Made by a program: the position numbers and the translations under genes
NCBI GenBank assembly: GCA_965237415.1
Contig: CBDEFM010000002.1
Coordinates: 576,001-640,000 of the forward strand
Direction of reading: 5' to 3'
DNA length: 64,000 bases
Origin: Alphaproteobacteria bacterium
GTDB taxonomy: Bacteria; Pseudomonadota; Alphaproteobacteria; UBA828
Notes under the pieces: generated by a model
Database searches by the model: none
What the model saw: only the letters and a program-made list of their open reading frames with translations
Told to the model about the DNA's origin: nothing
Shown: positions 18,802-30,208 of the stretch, in pieces
Layout: each line of letters starts with the position of its first letter
How positions within the stretch are numbered: position 1 is the stretch's first letter

Positions 18802-19656
18802 ATGGCGCTTCAGATCCTGATCCAGGGGTTTGTGCTCAGCGGCCTCTACGCACTGATCGCCGTCGGCTTCACCATGATCTTCAGCGTGGGCCGGGTGCTG
18901 AACTTGGCCTACGGCGTCTACATCATGCTCGGCGGCTATATCTACTACGCGGCCCTCCAGGAGGCGGGACTGCCCGTCTTCGCGAGCTTCATCCTGGCGA
19001 TGCTCGCGGGCGTGATCTTCGGCCTGCTCACCTACCTGATCCTCGTGCGCCGGCTGGAGAACAACCCGATCGCGGTCGAAATATCGACGCTGATCCTCGC
19101 CGTCGTCATGCAGGCATTGATCGTGGTGATCTTCGGCGCCTCGCCCAAGACCATGTGGCCGGTGATCCGCGGCGTTCTCCGCTTCGAGGGCATCTCGGTC
19201 ACCATGAATATCCTGCTCGCCACGGGCGTGAGCTGGGTGGTGCTCGCCGGCCTCATGCTCTTCATTCGACGAACCCACATCGGTCGCGCCATCCGCGCGG
19301 TTTCCATGGACCGTAAGGGCGCGGTGATCTCGGGCATCGAACCCAGCGTCATCAGCCTGGTGACCTGGGCGCTGTCCGGCGCCTTCGGCGCGATCGCCGG
19401 AGTCTTCTTCGCCACCTTCACCCAGCTCGACTCGAACATGTGGGTGTTCCCCCTCATCATCTCGGTCGCCGTGGTGATCGTCGGCGGCATCGGCAGCATC
19501 GTCGGCAGCCTGATCGCGGCCCATATCATCGGCTTCGTGGAGACCATCACGACCACGATCATCGCGGCCGAGTTGCGCGGCGTCTCCACCATGCTGCTCA
19601 TCATCCTGGTGCTGGTGGTGCGGCCCAAGGGCCTCTTCGGCAAGGCGGAGCTCTGA
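18802..19656 (+). CDS. livH: ABC permease, LivH-like
   Basis: GLYALIAVGFTMIF..NLAYG, GRAIRAVS, VVIVGGIGS. Confidence 0.85.
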   Translation: MALQILIQGFVLSGLYALIAVGFTMIFSVGRVLNLAYGVYIMLGGYIYYAALQEAGLPVFASFILAMLAGVIFGLLTYLILVRRLENNPIAVEISTLILAVVMQALIVVIFGASPKTMWPVIRGVLRFEGISVTMNILLATGVSWVVLAGLMLFIRRTHIGRAIRAVSMDRKGAVISGIEPSVISLVTWALSGAFGAIAGVFFATFTQLDSNMWVFPLIISVAVVIVGGIGSIVGSLIAAHIIGFVETITTTIIAAELRGVSTMLLIILVLVVRPKGLFGKAEL

Positions 19657-19659
19657 GCC

Positions 19660-20613
19660 GTGAGCATCGACCGCGAGACCCTGCGTTATCTCGGCTGGTG
19701 GCTCGCCTTCGGCGTGCTCATGTGCCTGCTGCCGCTGGTGGTCGGCACCGGCACGCTGCGCATCCTGATCTTCGCCCATTTCCTGGCGATGTTCGCCATG
19801 AGCTGGGACTTCCTCTCAGGGAGGACCGGCTACATCAGCTTCGGCCACCCCTTCCTGATCGGCATCGCCGGCTACACCACGGCGATCCTGAGCTTCCGCT
19901 ACGGGGTGCCCCTCTATTTCAGCATTCCGGCGGCGGTGGCCGCGACCATGGTGGGCGGCACGCTGTTCTTCCTGCCGGCGCTGCGCACGCGGGGCACCTA
20001 TTTCGCGCTGGTGACGCTGGCCTTCATGGAAATCCTCTACGAGATGACCAAAGTGGTAGCGCCCAAGGTCACGGGCGGCACGCGGGGCATCTCGGGCCTC
20101 GAGAGCATCGTCACCGGCGCCGTGAACAACTACTACCTCAGCTTCGGCATCATGTTCGCGGTCGGGGTCGTCCTCTGGCTCCTCATCCGCACGCGCCTCG
20201 GCATCGCGCTGAGCGCCATCAGGATGAACGAGGAGGCGGTCCGCAGTACCGGGCATAGCACCACCAAGCTCAAGCTCTTCGCCTTCACCGTGAGCGCGGC
20301 GGTCGCCGGCATCGGCGGCGCCTTCTACGTCCACTATCTCGGCTCGATCGCGCCGCGCGGCATATTCGAGATCAACTTCCTCTTCACCATCCTGGTGGCT
20401 GCGCTTCTCGGCGGGGCGGAGACCATCATCGGCCCGATCATGGGCGCCTACTTCCTCACCGTCCTGCTGGAATTCCTGCGGCCGGTGATGCCCGGCATGG
20501 AGCGCTATCTCCTCTACGGCGCGATCGCGCTGGTGCTCTACGTTGTCCGGCCCGAGGGCATCTACAGCCTGATCGTCGACGCCGGCCGCAAGGTGCAGGA
20601 GTGGCGGCGATGA
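19660..20613 (+). CDS. livM: ABC permease, LivM-like
   Basis: [33 protein letters not shown]. Confidence 0.85.
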   Translation: MSIDRETLRYLGWWLAFGVLMCLLPLVVGTGTLRILIFAHFLAMFAMSWDFLSGRTGYISFGHPFLIGIAGYTTAILSFRYGVPLYFSIPAAVAATMVGGTLFFLPALRTRGTYFALVTLAFMEILYEMTKVVAPKVTGGTRGISGLESIVTGAVNNYYLSFGIMFAVGVVLWLLIRTRLGIALSAIRMNEEAVRSTGHSTTKLKLFAFTVSAAVAGIGGAFYVHYLGSIAPRGIFEINFLFTILVAALLGGAETIIGPIMGAYFLTVLLEFLRPVMPGMERYLLYGAIALVLYVVRPEGIYSLIVDAGRKVQEWRR

Positions 20614-21347
20614 CGGCGGGCCCGCTGCTGGAGGTGCGCGACCTTCACATGACCTTCGGCGGAATTCGCGCCGTGCAGGGGATCTCCTTCCAGGTGGGGG
20701 AGGGCGAGACCCTCGGCCTGATCGGCCCCAACGGCGCAGGCAAGACCACCGTCTTCAACGTGATCATGGCGGAGCTCAAACCCACCAGCGGCGAGATCTG
20801 GTTCGAGGGCCAGAACATCACGCGCGTGCCCACCCACAAGCGGGTCAAGCGCGGCATCGCGCGCACCTATCAGGTGCCCCAGCCCTTCGGCGAGATGTCG
20901 GTCGGCGCCAATATCCGCGTCGGCATGGCGCCCGACGATATCTGGAAGCTCATCGCCGAGGGGGCAGACCCCGTAGCCGAGGCGGAGATAGGCCGCAGCG
21001 TCGGTTTCTCCGACGAGCAGATCGACGCGTTGCCGAGCGAGCTCGCCATGGGCGACTTGCGCCGGCTTGAGATGGCGCGGAACGTCGCCGTCTCTCCCAA
21101 GCTCCTGCTCCTCGACGAGGTCTTCGCCGGCCTCACGCTCAGGGAGATCGCTCAGATCTCCGAACTGCTGGTCGAGAAGAAGCGTAAAGACGGGCTCACG
21201 TACATCATCGTGAGCCACGACCTGCGCGCGCTCGCACCGCTGGTGGACCGGGTCATCGTGATGTCCTTCGGTGCCGCCATCGCCGAGGGCACCTTCGACG
21301 AAGTGGTGCGCGATGCGGCCGTCCGCGATGCCTACCTCGGGCAATAG
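20610..21347 (+). CDS. livG: ABC ATP-binding protein, LivG-like
   Basis: Walker [16 protein letters not shown]-terminal AYLG; ATGA overlap. Confidence 0.87.
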   Translation: MTAGPLLEVRDLHMTFGGIRAVQGISFQVGEGETLGLIGPNGAGKTTVFNVIMAELKPTSGEIWFEGQNITRVPTHKRVKRGIARTYQVPQPFGEMSVGANIRVGMAPDDIWKLIAEGADPVAEAEIGRSVGFSDEQIDALPSELAMGDLRRLEMARNVAVSPKLLLLDEVFAGLTLREIAQISELLVEKKRKDGLTYIIVSHDLRALAPLVDRVIVMSFGAAIAEGTFDEVVRDAAVRDAYLGQ

Positions 21348-21368
21348 GCGAGGGCAGGGGAGACGGCC

Positions 21369-22073
21369 ATGGCGATCCTGAGCATCAGCGACCTCGATGT
21401 CTTCTACGGCCGTGCACAGGCGCTCCACGGCATCTCGCTCGACGTGGACGTGGGCCGGATCGTGGCCGTCATCGGCCCCAACGGTGCCGGCAAGTCAACG
21501 CTCCTCGACTCAATCATCGGCCTCACCCGGCGGCGCGGACAAATCCAATTCGAAGGCCGCGACATCGGCCGCATGGCACCTGCGCGGATCGTCCGGCTCG
21601 GCATCGGCTATGCACCCGAACGCGGCAACCTCTTCCCCTTCATGGGCGTGAAGGAGAACCTGCTTGTTGGCGCCTACTGCAAGCGCGACGCGATCGAGGA
21701 GAACCTGAGGACCGTCTTCGACCTCTTCCCGCGCCTGGAAGAGCGGCAGAACCAGGAGACCGCGACCCAGTCGGGGGGTGAGCGCCAGATGGCCTCGCTC
21801 GGCCGGGCGCTGATGTCGAGCCCCAAGCTCCTGATGGTGGACGAGCCGACTCTGGGTCTCGCGCCGCGTGTGTGCCTGGAGATCGCCGCCGTGCTCAGGG
21901 ACCTCAACGAGCGCCTCGGGCTTACCATCGTGATCACCGAGCAGAACGCGAACTTCGCCATAAGCCTCGCGCAGGAGGTCTATCTCCTGGAGACCGGCCG
22001 CATCGGCGAAAAGAGGACGCCGGAGGAGCTTCGCGAGTCGGCCGACATAGCGAGCGCTTATTTCGGCGACTGA
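21369..22073 (+). CDS. livF: ABC ATP-binding protein, LivF-like
   Basis: [28 protein letters not shown]. Confidence 0.87.
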   Translation: MAILSISDLDVFYGRAQALHGISLDVDVGRIVAVIGPNGAGKSTLLDSIIGLTRRRGQIQFEGRDIGRMAPARIVRLGIGYAPERGNLFPFMGVKENLLVGAYCKRDAIEENLRTVFDLFPRLEERQNQETATQSGGERQMASLGRALMSSPKLLMVDEPTLGLAPRVCLEIAAVLRDLNERLGLTIVITEQNANFAISLAQEVYLLETGRIGEKRTPEELRESADIASAYFGD

Positions 22074-22079
22074 GTTCGC

Positions 22080-23915
22080 CTAACGACGGCCGAACAGGCG
22101 CTCGATATCGGCGAGCTTCAGTTCGACGTAGGTCGGCCGGCCGTGATTGCATTGGCCGGCATGGGGCGTCTCCTCCATTTGGCGGAGCAATGCGTTCATC
22201 TCGTCGGCGTTGAGCCTGCGGCCGGCCCGGACGCTGCCATGGCAGGCGAGGGTGCTGCACACGTCCGCAAGCCGCTGGCGCAGCGTCGAGGAATCGTCCC
22301 ATTCGGCCAGCTCGTCGGCGAGGTCGCGCACCAGGCCCTGCGTGTCGCCGTTGCCGATGAGCGCCGGCACCTCGCGCACCACCACGGCGCCCGCGCCGAA
22401 GCGCTCCAGCACCAGGCCGAGATCGGCCAGCTCACCGGCCCGTGACTCCAGCCTGCCGACCGCCGCCTCGTCCAGCTCGACTACTTCCGGGATCAGCAGC
22501 ATCTGGCGCTGGATGCCGGACTCGGCGAGCGCCGCCTTCATCCGCTCGTAGACGATGCGCTCGTGGGCGGCATGCTGATCGACGATGACGATGCCGTCTT
22601 CGGTCTGAGCCACGACGTAGGTGCCGTGTACCTGCCCGCGGGCGACTCCCAAGGGATAGGTCGCAGGCGGTCGTTCCTCGGTCTCCACCGCCGGTGCCCA
22701 AGCCGCGGCATCCGGTGGCGAACTCTCGATCTGGGCCGAGGGCGAATCCAGCGGCGCCTGAAAGCGGGCGTGGGCTTCGGCCAGCAGCGGCGCCCGGGAT
22801 GGCGGCGGGGTGCCGTAGCCCCGATCGGCAGCGCCACCGCGACCGCCGCCGCCCGCTCCTGAGTGCGGTCTGAGCGCGGCAAGGGCGTCGTCGGCAACCG
22901 TCGTCGCCGCGTGATGCCCGGCGGCGGCGAGCGCGCGCTTGAGTGCGCTGACGATGAGGCCGCGCACCAGGGCCGCATTGCGAAAGCGCACCTCGGCCTT
23001 CGTCGGGTGAACGTTCACGTCCACCATGTCGGGCGCGAGGTCGACGAAGAGTGCCGCCATGGGATGGCGGCCGCGATGGAGGAAGTCGGCGTAGGCCGCG
23101 CGCACGGCGCCGTGCAGCAGGCGGTCGCGTACCGGCCGGCCGTTGACGAAGAGGTATTGATGCTGCGCGCTCGCGCGGTTGAGGGTGGGGAGCGCCGCAT
23201 AACCGGTGAGCCGCAGGCCCTCGCGCTCAGCGTCGATAGGGAGCGCGTTGTTCGCGAAGTCGCGGCCCATGACCAGCGCGAGCCGGGCGAGCCGTCCAAC
23301 CGGTGCGTCCTCGTGCGGTCCGTCGCGCAGCACGGTTCGGCCGTCGTCGACCAGGGTGAAGCCGATGGCCGGATGGCACATGGCAAGGCGGTTGACGGTG
23401 TCCGCGGCATGGCCCGATTCGGTTCGTGGCGCCTTGAGGAACTTGAGCCGTGCCGGCGTGGCATAGAAGAGGTCCGCCACAGCGACGGTGGTCCCCTGCG
23501 GGCGGGCGGCGGGAGTACACGCGGCGGGGGCGCCGCCAGCGGCTTCGATCGACCAAGCGTTGTCGGACCCGGCCCGGCGGCTGGTGAGAGTCAGCCGGCT
23601 GACGGCGGCAATGGAGGGAAGCGCCTCGCCGCGGAAGCCGAGGGTCTTGATCGACCAAAGATCGCCGTCCTCGGTGAGTTTGGAGGTGGCGTGGCGGGCC
23701 AGCGCAAGCGGCAGCTCGTCGCGGTCCATGCCGCGGCCGTCGTCGGCGACCCGAATGAGGCGGCGGCCGCTCTCCTCCAGCGTAATCTCGATGGAGCGCG
23801 CGCCTGCATCGATGGCGTTCTCGACCAGCTCCTTGACCACCGATGCCGGCCGCTCGATTACCTCTCCCGCCGCGATTCGATTGACCACGCCCTCCGGCAG
23901 GAGACGAATTCTCAT
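22080..23915 (-). CDS. mutL: DNA mismatch repair endonuclease MutL
   Basis: [45 protein letters not shown]. Confidence 0.97.
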   Translation of the reverse strand: MRIRLLPEGVVNRIAAGEVIERPASVVKELVENAIDAGARSIEITLEESGRRLIRVADDGRGMDRDELPLALARHATSKLTEDGDLWSIKTLGFRGEALPSIAAVSRLTLTSRRAGSDNAWSIEAAGGAPAACTPAARPQGTTVAVADLFYATPARLKFLKAPRTESGHAADTVNRLAMCHPAIGFTLVDDGRTVLRDGPHEDAPVGRLARLALVMGRDFANNALPIDAEREGLRLTGYAALPTLNRASAQHQYLFVNGRPVRDRLLHGAVRAAYADFLHRGRHPMAALFVDLAPDMVDVNVHPTKAEVRFRNAALVRGLIVSALKRALAAAGHHAATTVADDALAALRPHSGAGGGGRGGAADRGYGTPPPSRAPLLAEAHARFQAPLDSPSAQIESSPPDAAAWAPAVETEERPPATYPLGVARGQVHGTYVVAQTEDGIVIVDQHAAHERIVYERMKAALAESGIQRQMLLIPEVVELDEAAVGRLESRAGELADLGLVLERFGAGAVVVREVPALIGNGDTQGLVRDLADELAEWDDSSTLRQRLADVCSTLACHGSVRAGRRLNADEMNALLRQMEETPHAGQCNHGRPTYVELKLADIERLFGRR

Positions 23916-24181
23916 GGCTCGACCTCCAGGTAGCGGCGCACCAGCCCCTTGCCCCGCTCCGCCGCCGGCTGATCGTAGGGGTCCACGCCCAGCAGATGCG
24001 CGGCCATCACGGTCTTTAGCATGAAGTGCATCATCAGCACACCGACGGCGCGGGCATAGGCTGCCGCGACGCTGAGCCGGCGCACCGGGCGGCGAGCATC
24101 TGTCAGCGTGGCGGCCGTGGCGCGCGCAATACCGCCGGGTCCGACAGCCTCGGCGAAGCAAGCGTCTGCGTCCTGCTTCAC
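23912..24181 (-). pseudogene. pgi: Internally deleted glucose-6-phosphate isomerase remnant
   Basis: 89-aa ORF ending in [29 protein letters not shown], matching the PGI C-terminal DQPxVExGK signature; catalytic core absent. Confidence 0.68.
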
Positions 24182-24239
24182 GGCCGGTAGTGTATTGACG
24201 GATAGGGGGTCGGTCAGGGCGCGGCCTCGCCGCGTCAAC

Positions 24240-24845
24240 TCAGAAAACCCCCTCGAGAAGCGCCTTCTCCCGCCGTTTGATCGTCGGCGTCTCGCCCGCC
24301 GTTACGGGTTTGCCTGCCTCAGCGTTCTCACGCAGCCGCTCGGCCTCGGCCGCCGCGTCGACCACTTCGCCCGGCAGTTGCTCTTCCTGCCAGAACAGGA
24401 GCGAGTCGATGAAGCTCTCGTCCTCCGAGGCGTAGCCCGAAAACTCGCGATCCACGATATGGCGAATATTCGGGTCCACGTCGGCCGCACCGGCCCGCTC
24501 GACGAATGCAGCTTCGCCCTGTGTCGCTGCCGCCGTCGAGTCATCGATGGCAAGGGCGCCGGCCTCGTTGAACAGGGCGACCCTCGCCTGTTCACGGACC
24601 GATTCCTCATTGGGACGTGCCTCACCCGGCCGGGGCGGGCGCAACGTGAAGTCCGGCGGTAGCGTAAGCGGCGCGTTTCGCACGACCGCGAACTCGTCCG
24701 GCGCGCTCTTGCCGAGGCCGAGGGCATCGCCGATACCCCCCTCACATGCGGAAAGAGTCGCTGCCAGCGCCAGTGCGCCGAGGCCCAGCGCCAAGCCGCG
24801 ACCGACGCTTGGGCAGAAAACCGACCGATGTGCCCCCTGCTTCAT
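24240..24845 (-). CDS. DUF3035 family lipoprotein
   Basis: Lipobox LSAC, APDEFAVVRNAPLTLPPDFTLRPPRPG; usual position after lspA. Confidence 0.88.
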   Translation of the reverse strand: MKQGAHRSVFCPSVGRGLALGLGALALAATLSACEGGIGDALGLGKSAPDEFAVVRNAPLTLPPDFTLRPPRPGEARPNEESVREQARVALFNEAGALAIDDSTAAATQGEAAFVERAGAADVDPNIRHIVDREFSGYASEDESFIDSLLFWQEEQLPGEVVDAAAEAERLRENAEAGKPVTAGETPTIKRREKALLEGVF

Positions 24846-25321
24846 GATTCTTTTCTAGGCTCTTTACGCGGCTTCATCAAGAAGCTGTGCGCCAACAGCA
24901 TGACCACGCCCACGCTGATTGCCGCATCGGCGATGTTGAACGCGGGCCAATGGTAGCCGCCGCCATGGAAATCGAGGAAGTCGATGACCCAGCCGAAGCG
25001 CACGCGGTCGATCACGTTACCGATCGCTCCGCCGATGACGAGACCAAGGGCGCATGCCGGCCAGCGCAGCCGGGTCCGGCTCAACCAGACGCCAAGGCCG
25101 GCCGAAATCGCGAGCGCGAGGCCGACGATCAACCACATGCCGGCACCCTCGCTCTGAAACAGCCCGAAGCTGATGCCCTTGTTCTGGACCGGGACAAGAT
25201 TGAAGAACGAGGTCACCTCGATGCGTCGTAGCGGATCCCAGAGCGCATCGCGCACGGCCCACTTGCTGATCTGGTCCGCAGCGATGATGGCCGCCGCGAC
25301 GGGCAATCCGAGGCGGAGCAC
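24842..25321 (-). CDS. lspA: Lipoprotein signal peptidase II
   Basis: DQISK, NKGISFG, GGAIGNVIDR, VIDF, PAFNIAD. Confidence 0.96.
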   Translation of the reverse strand: MLRLGLPVAAAIIAADQISKWAVRDALWDPLRRIEVTSFFNLVPVQNKGISFGLFQSEGAGMWLIVGLALAISAGLGVWLSRTRLRWPACALGLVIGGAIGNVIDRVRFGWVIDFLDFHGGGYHWPAFNIADAAISVGVVMLLAHSFLMKPRKEPRKES

Positions 25322-25351
25322 GGCCGCCGTTCCTGAGCCCAGCCTTCCGGG

Positions 25352-28222
25352 CTAGGCGGCCGCCTGACGGGCAGCGTCGACGGCGCTCACGCAGCGTTCG
25401 CAGAGGTCGGGGTGGCGCTCGTCACTGCCGACCTCGGGCAGGAGCCGCCAGCAGCGCGCGCACTTTTGATCCCTGGCGGGGACGAACAGTACGCCGACCT
25501 CTGGTACCTCGGGCAGGGTCACAAGGCTGTCGTCGCCGGGGGCCTCGCTCCACGGCGCGACAACTGCGTCGGAGGTGATAAAGAGCGTCGCGCAGTCGTC
25601 GTCCTCGTGGGCGAGGGCGTCGCGGTAGCGCTCATGGACGAATATGGTGGGCGCTGCCTCCAGCGACGAGCCGATATCCTTCGCGGCACGGGCCTGCTCC
25701 AGCGCCTTGGTGACGACGCGGCGCACCGCGCGCATGCGCTCGATCCGTTCGGCCAGCGCATCATCCTGCCACGCCGCCGGCAGCGTGGGGAACACGCGCA
25801 GATGCACGCTCTCGTCGTCGGGATAGCGCGTGAGCCAGGCCTCCTCGGCGGTGAAGCAGATGAAGGGCGCGAGCCAGGCGGTCAGACAATCGAACAGCGA
25901 ATCGAGCACGGTGCGGACGGCGCGCCGGCGCATCGAATCGTCCGGGTCGCAATAAAGCGAATCCTTGCGGATGTCGAAATAGAAGGCCGAGAGATCGACC
26001 GCGCAAAAGTGGTGCAGCGCCACGAACATCTCGTGGAACGCGAACGCCTCGCACCAGCGCCGGACATCGCGGTCGAGGCCGTGGAGTCGGTGCAGCACCC
26101 AGCGTTCCAGCGCAGGCATCGCATCTGCCGGCAGTCGCTCGCGCGCGTCGAAATCGGCCAGGTTCCCCAGCAGGTAGCGGAGCGTATTGCGCAACCGGCG
26201 GTAGGAATCGACCTGGTGACGCAGAATTTCGTCGCTGATCCTGAGATCTTCGGCGTAGTCCGTGCTGACCACCCAGAGCCGGAGGATGTCGGCGCCGTAG
26301 CGCTCGTTCACCTGCTCCGGGGCGATGACGTTGCCAAGCGACTTCGACATCTTGCGCCCCTCGCCATCGACAACGAAGCCGTGGGTGAGCACGGCGTCGT
26401 AAGGCGCGCGGCCGCGTGTGCCGCAGGATTCGAGGAGCGAGCTGTGGAACCAGCCCCGGTGCTGGTCCGACCCTTCGAGATAGAGGGACGCCGGCCACAT
26501 CAGCTCCGGCCGCTTCTCGAGCACGAAGCTGTGGGTCGTGCCGCTCTCGAACCAGACGTCGAGAATGTCGGTGACCTTGTCGTATGCATCCGGGTCGTGC
26601 TCCGGTGCGAGAAAGCGCGCCTTGTCGCTGGTGAACCAGGCGTCCGCCCCTTCGGCCTCGACGGCGGCGGCGATGCGCTCGACCACGTTGGGGTCGCGCA
26701 GCGGGGTGCCGTCCTCGCGCGAGACGAAGACCGCGATCGGCACGCCCCAGACGCGTTGGCGCGAAAGCACCCAGTCCGGCCGGGTCTCGATCATCGAGCG
26801 AATGCGTGCGCGGCCGCTCGGCGGCACCCAGCGCACCTGATCGATGGCATCGAGCGCAGTGGCGCGGAGGCCGGTCGTCTCCATGCTGATGAACCACTGG
26901 AGCGTGTTGCGGAAGATCAGCGGCGCCTTGGAACGCCAGGAGTGAGGATAGGAGTGGACCAGCTTGCCGCGGGCGAGCAGGCGGTCGGCGTCGGCCAGCG
27001 CGTCGGCGATCTCGCCGTTCACCTTGTAGACGTGCTTGCCGGCAAAGCCCGGCACGTGATCGTAGAAGCAGCCGTCGTCGTCCACCGTCGCTGGAGTCTC
27101 GATGGGCCTCCGTTCGCCGCCCTTTGCGGCCAGGCCGGCGTTGTAGCGCGTGACCGCCTCGAAGTCCTCGGCGCCATGGCCCGGTGCGATATGGACGAAG
27201 CCGGTGCCTTGCTCGGTAGTCACGTGATCCGCCGGGATGAGCGGCACGGGAAAGTCGTAGCCGCGACCTCGCAGGGGGTGGGCGCAGACGGTTCCGGCGA
27301 AGGCGGTGCCGGGGAGTCCTGAAGCGATCACCCGGTGGCCGGTCACGCCGGTCTCCGCGCAGAGGGTAGGCGCGAGTTCTTCGGCAGCGGCGATCCGCGT
27401 GCCGGGGGTCACCGCGGCGCCCTCCGCGACCTCTGTCACTTCGAGCACCAGATAGCGCACCGCCTCGCCGTAGGCGATGCAGCGGTTGCCGGGGATGGTC
27501 CAGGGCGTCGTCGTCCAGATGACGATGGCGGCGCCGCGGACGGCCTCAAGCGGGCTCTCGATCACCGGGAAGGCGACGGTGATCACCACGGACGTGTGGT
27601 CGTGGTACTCGATTTCGGCCTCGGCAAGCGCCGTTTTCTCCACCGGTGACCACATCACCGGCCGGGCCCCGCGGTAGAGGCTGCCGTCGACGAGAAAACG
27701 GCCGAGTTCGCGCACGATCTGCCCCTCGGCCTCGAAGCTCATGGTGGTATAGGGATCGTCCCAGTCGCCGATCACCCCGAGCCGCTTGAACTCGTCGCGC
27801 TGCACGTCGATCCAGTGTTCGGCGAAGGCCCGGCAATCGGCGCGGAAGCGGCTGACCGGGACGGAATCCTTGTCGCGGCCTTCCTTGCGGTAAGCCTGCT
27901 CGACCTGCCACTCGATCGGCAGCCCGTGGCAATCCCAGCCCGGCACGTAGACCGAATCCTTGCCTAGCATCTGCTGGGAGCGCACGACCACGTCCTTGAG
28001 AATCTTGTTCAGCGCCGTGCCGAGGTGGAGATGACCGTTGGCGTAGGGCGGGCCGTCGTGAAGGACGAACTTGGGCCGGCCGGCAGAGGTCTCCCTCAGG
28101 CGCCGGTAGAGACCGTTCTCCTCCCAGCGTGCGGCCATCGCCGGCTCGCGTTCCGGCAGCCGCGCCTTCATGGGGAAGGCGGTGCGCGGCATGAGGACGG
28201 TATCGCGGTAATCGGCGGTCAT
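25352..28222 (-). CDS. ileS: Isoleucine--tRNA ligase (type 1)
   Basis: HDGPPYANGHLHLGT, GWDCHGLPIE, EGSDQHRGWF, KMSKS, C-terminal CxxC Zn finger. Confidence 0.97.
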   Translation of the reverse strand: MTADYRDTVLMPRTAFPMKARLPEREPAMAARWEENGLYRRLRETSAGRPKFVLHDGPPYANGHLHLGTALNKILKDVVVRSQQMLGKDSVYVPGWDCHGLPIEWQVEQAYRKEGRDKDSVPVSRFRADCRAFAEHWIDVQRDEFKRLGVIGDWDDPYTTMSFEAEGQIVRELGRFLVDGSLYRGARPVMWSPVEKTALAEAEIEYHDHTSVVITVAFPVIESPLEAVRGAAIVIWTTTPWTIPGNRCIAYGEAVRYLVLEVTEVAEGAAVTPGTRIAAAEELAPTLCAETGVTGHRVIASGLPGTAFAGTVCAHPLRGRGYDFPVPLIPADHVTTEQGTGFVHIAPGHGAEDFEAVTRYNAGLAAKGGERRPIETPATVDDDGCFYDHVPGFAGKHVYKVNGEIADALADADRLLARGKLVHSYPHSWRSKAPLIFRNTLQWFISMETTGLRATALDAIDQVRWVPPSGRARIRSMIETRPDWVLSRQRVWGVPIAVFVSREDGTPLRDPNVVERIAAAVEAEGADAWFTSDKARFLAPEHDPDAYDKVTDILDVWFESGTTHSFVLEKRPELMWPASLYLEGSDQHRGWFHSSLLESCGTRGRAPYDAVLTHGFVVDGEGRKMSKSLGNVIAPEQVNERYGADILRLWVVSTDYAEDLRISDEILRHQVDSYRRLRNTLRYLLGNLADFDARERLPADAMPALERWVLHRLHGLDRDVRRWCEAFAFHEMFVALHHFCAVDLSAFYFDIRKDSLYCDPDDSMRRRAVRTVLDSLFDCLTAWLAPFICFTAEEAWLTRYPDDESVHLRVFPTLPAAWQDDALAERIERMRAVRRVVTKALEQARAAKDIGSSLEAAPTIFVHERYRDALAHEDDDCATLFITSDAVVAPWSEAPGDDSLVTLPEVPEVGVLFVPARDQKCARCWRLLPEVGSDERHPDLCERCVSAVDAARQAAA

Positions 28223-29214
28223 GAGCGCACCTGGCGGCGGGGCAGGACGTCGGACTCTTCGGCGTCCGGCGCCGGCATGTTGGCGAGGATGGCACGGGCG
28301 GTGTCGCAGTCCGTGGCGATCTGCGCCTTCAGGGCCTCGATACCGTCGAAGCGGCGCTCGGGCCGTACCCTGTCTGCGAAGGCGGCGCGCAGCCGCCTGC
28401 CATAAAGATCGCCGGCATAGTCGAAGATATGCACTTCGAGCAGGTCCTCCGTCTTGTCGAACGTCGGCCGGCGGCCGAGATTGGCCACCGCCGGATACCA
28501 GCGTCCATCGTCGCTGTCGCCGACGGGCTGGGCCCACAGCGCATAGACGCCACGCGCCGGATGGAGAATCCCGGCGGTGCGCAGATTGGCCGTCGGGAAG
28601 CCGATGGTTCGGCCACGGCGATCGCCCGTGACCACGTGGCCATCGATTTCCCAATAGCGGCCTAGCACCGCAGGGAGCGCTGCAACGTCGCCGGCCGCCA
28701 GCAGCCGGCGTGCCCGGCTCGCCGAATGGACTTCCGTGCCCGTGCCAGCCGCTTCGATACTGGTCACGCCGACCCCGAGCGATGCGCCGATCTCCGAAAG
28801 CAGGGCGACGGTGCCGGCGCGCCCTCGACCGAAAGCGAAGTCGTGACCGACCACGACGTGGCGGGCGCCAATCCCCGCCGCTACCACGTCCGCGACGAAA
28901 GATGCCGGCTCGCGGGCGGCGAAGGTGCGATCGAACCGTGCGATATAGAGAATCTCGATACCGAGGCCGGCAAGATGACGTGCCTTGACCCGGAAAGGCG
29001 TGAGCCGGAAGGGCTCATCGGGAGCCGCAAGCACTTGGCGCGGGTGCGGCTCGAAGGTGAGCACGGCGAGCGGTGCCCCGAGGGCGCGGGCGATCCGCCG
29101 GCCTTTCTCCACGACAGCGCGGTGGCCTAAATGGACGCCGTCGAAATTGCCGATGGCAACCACCGCGCCGCGCGCGTCTGCGGGCGTTGAATGCCAATGC
29201 CGAACGATGCGCAT
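28219..29214 (-). CDS. ribF: Bifunctional riboflavin kinase / FAD synthetase
   Basis: IGNFDGVHLGH, GRTIGFPTAN, GRRPT, EVH. Confidence 0.97.
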   Translation of the reverse strand: MRIVRHWHSTPADARGAVVAIGNFDGVHLGHRAVVEKGRRIARALGAPLAVLTFEPHPRQVLAAPDEPFRLTPFRVKARHLAGLGIEILYIARFDRTFAAREPASFVADVVAAGIGARHVVVGHDFAFGRGRAGTVALLSEIGASLGVGVTSIEAAGTGTEVHSASRARRLLAAGDVAALPAVLGRYWEIDGHVVTGDRRGRTIGFPTANLRTAGILHPARGVYALWAQPVGDSDDGRWYPAVANLGRRPTFDKTEDLLEVHIFDYAGDLYGRRLRAAFADRVRPERRFDGIEALKAQIATDCDTARAILANMPAPDAEESDVLPRRQVRS

Positions 29215-29388
29215 AGGCGCGATTTCTCCGAAGCCGAGCGCGCGGGAGAATAGGCTTTCGACCCTGCCTTGGCCAGCGCCGCGCGGGCCCGTCAGCCTGG
29301 TTTTCAGAGCGCGAAGAAAGGCCTTGAGAGCGAAGTATGCTCACTCACGGTCGCCATGCTCATCAACTCGTGGGTCGGAGCTTGCGGC

Positions 29389-30039
29389 TCACCACATGCG
29401 CAAGCCGACCAGGAGGACATGTTGGGTGACCTCGCCGTAATCGTTGAGGCCGCCGGTTTTCAGGTATCGGTATCCGACGTGCCACCCCTGGAAGTGAACA
29501 CCCAGTCCAATTTGATACGCGAATTCCGTGTCTGTGTCGTCGCCACTACCCTGGAGCGCATTTTTCGCTCTATCCACAATTCGGTGGCTCGTCTTGGCGA
29601 ACAGCATTCCGGCGCCGCCACCGAGATAGACGCCCCACGCGCTATCGGCCCCGATGTCGACCCAGGAGTTGAGCATCACCCCATAGGTGCGGACATCGCC
29701 GGAGACCGAGGCGGTCAGTCCCTGCGCCTGCTGCTCGCTTCCCGATGCCGTGTCTATGTCGAAGAAGACCTCGGCCTCGGCGCGAACCATCTCGGTGAGG
29801 CCCATTCCCACGACACCGCCTACGCGAAAACTGGTGTCGTCATAGCTGGGAGAGGCGATGTCGCCGCAGCCGTCGTCACTGCAGCCCAGGAACTCCGAAG
29901 CCTTCCCCGGCAAGTCAAAATCGTACAAGCCGACGTCGAAGCCGAAATAAAGGCCGCCCTGTTCGGCGTGGCTCGCGGTGGTCATCATTGCCGGGACCGC
30001 GAACGCGATTCCGGCCAAGGCTGACAGAAGCGCTCTCAT
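29389..30039 (-). CDS. Outer membrane beta-barrel protein (opacity/OmpA-TM-like)
   Basis: Signal peptide, amphipathic strands (YLGGGAG, FAYQIGLG, VGYRY), terminal aromatic residue. Confidence 0.8.
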   Translation of the reverse strand: MRALLSALAGIAFAVPAMMTTASHAEQGGLYFGFDVGLYDFDLPGKASEFLGCSDDGCGDIASPSYDDTSFRVGGVVGMGLTEMVRAEAEVFFDIDTASGSEQQAQGLTASVSGDVRTYGVMLNSWVDIGADSAWGVYLGGGAGMLFAKTSHRIVDRAKNALQGSGDDTDTEFAYQIGLGVHFQGWHVGYRYLKTGGLNDYGEVTQHVLLVGLRMW

Positions 30040-30170
30040 CCCGATTCCCCCCGTGCAGCGGGCCAAGCGACTCCGACTCGGCGGAAGACAGCGCCCTGAC
30101 GTTCCACGTGCAGGGCGCGCGCGTCAATATCGGCGTCTGCCGAGATTTCGGTGGGGGAGGGGAAAGAGGG

Positions 30171-30197
30171 GGAGGGGGCGCCCGCTGCGCCCCCTCC
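30171..30197 (-). terminator. Hairpin downstream of the sugar SBP gene
   Basis: GGAGGGGGCG...CGCCCCCTCC followed on the minus strand by a pyrimidine run. Confidence 0.5.
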
Positions 30198-30208
30198 GAT
30201 AGTCCGGC

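Noticed and set aside
28223-28654. Long N-terminal extensions of ileS, mutL, hyuA, the ureohydrolase and CT-C/D in the ORF track
   Set aside because: They overlap neighbouring genes or intergenic DNA; homology and SDs point to downstream starts
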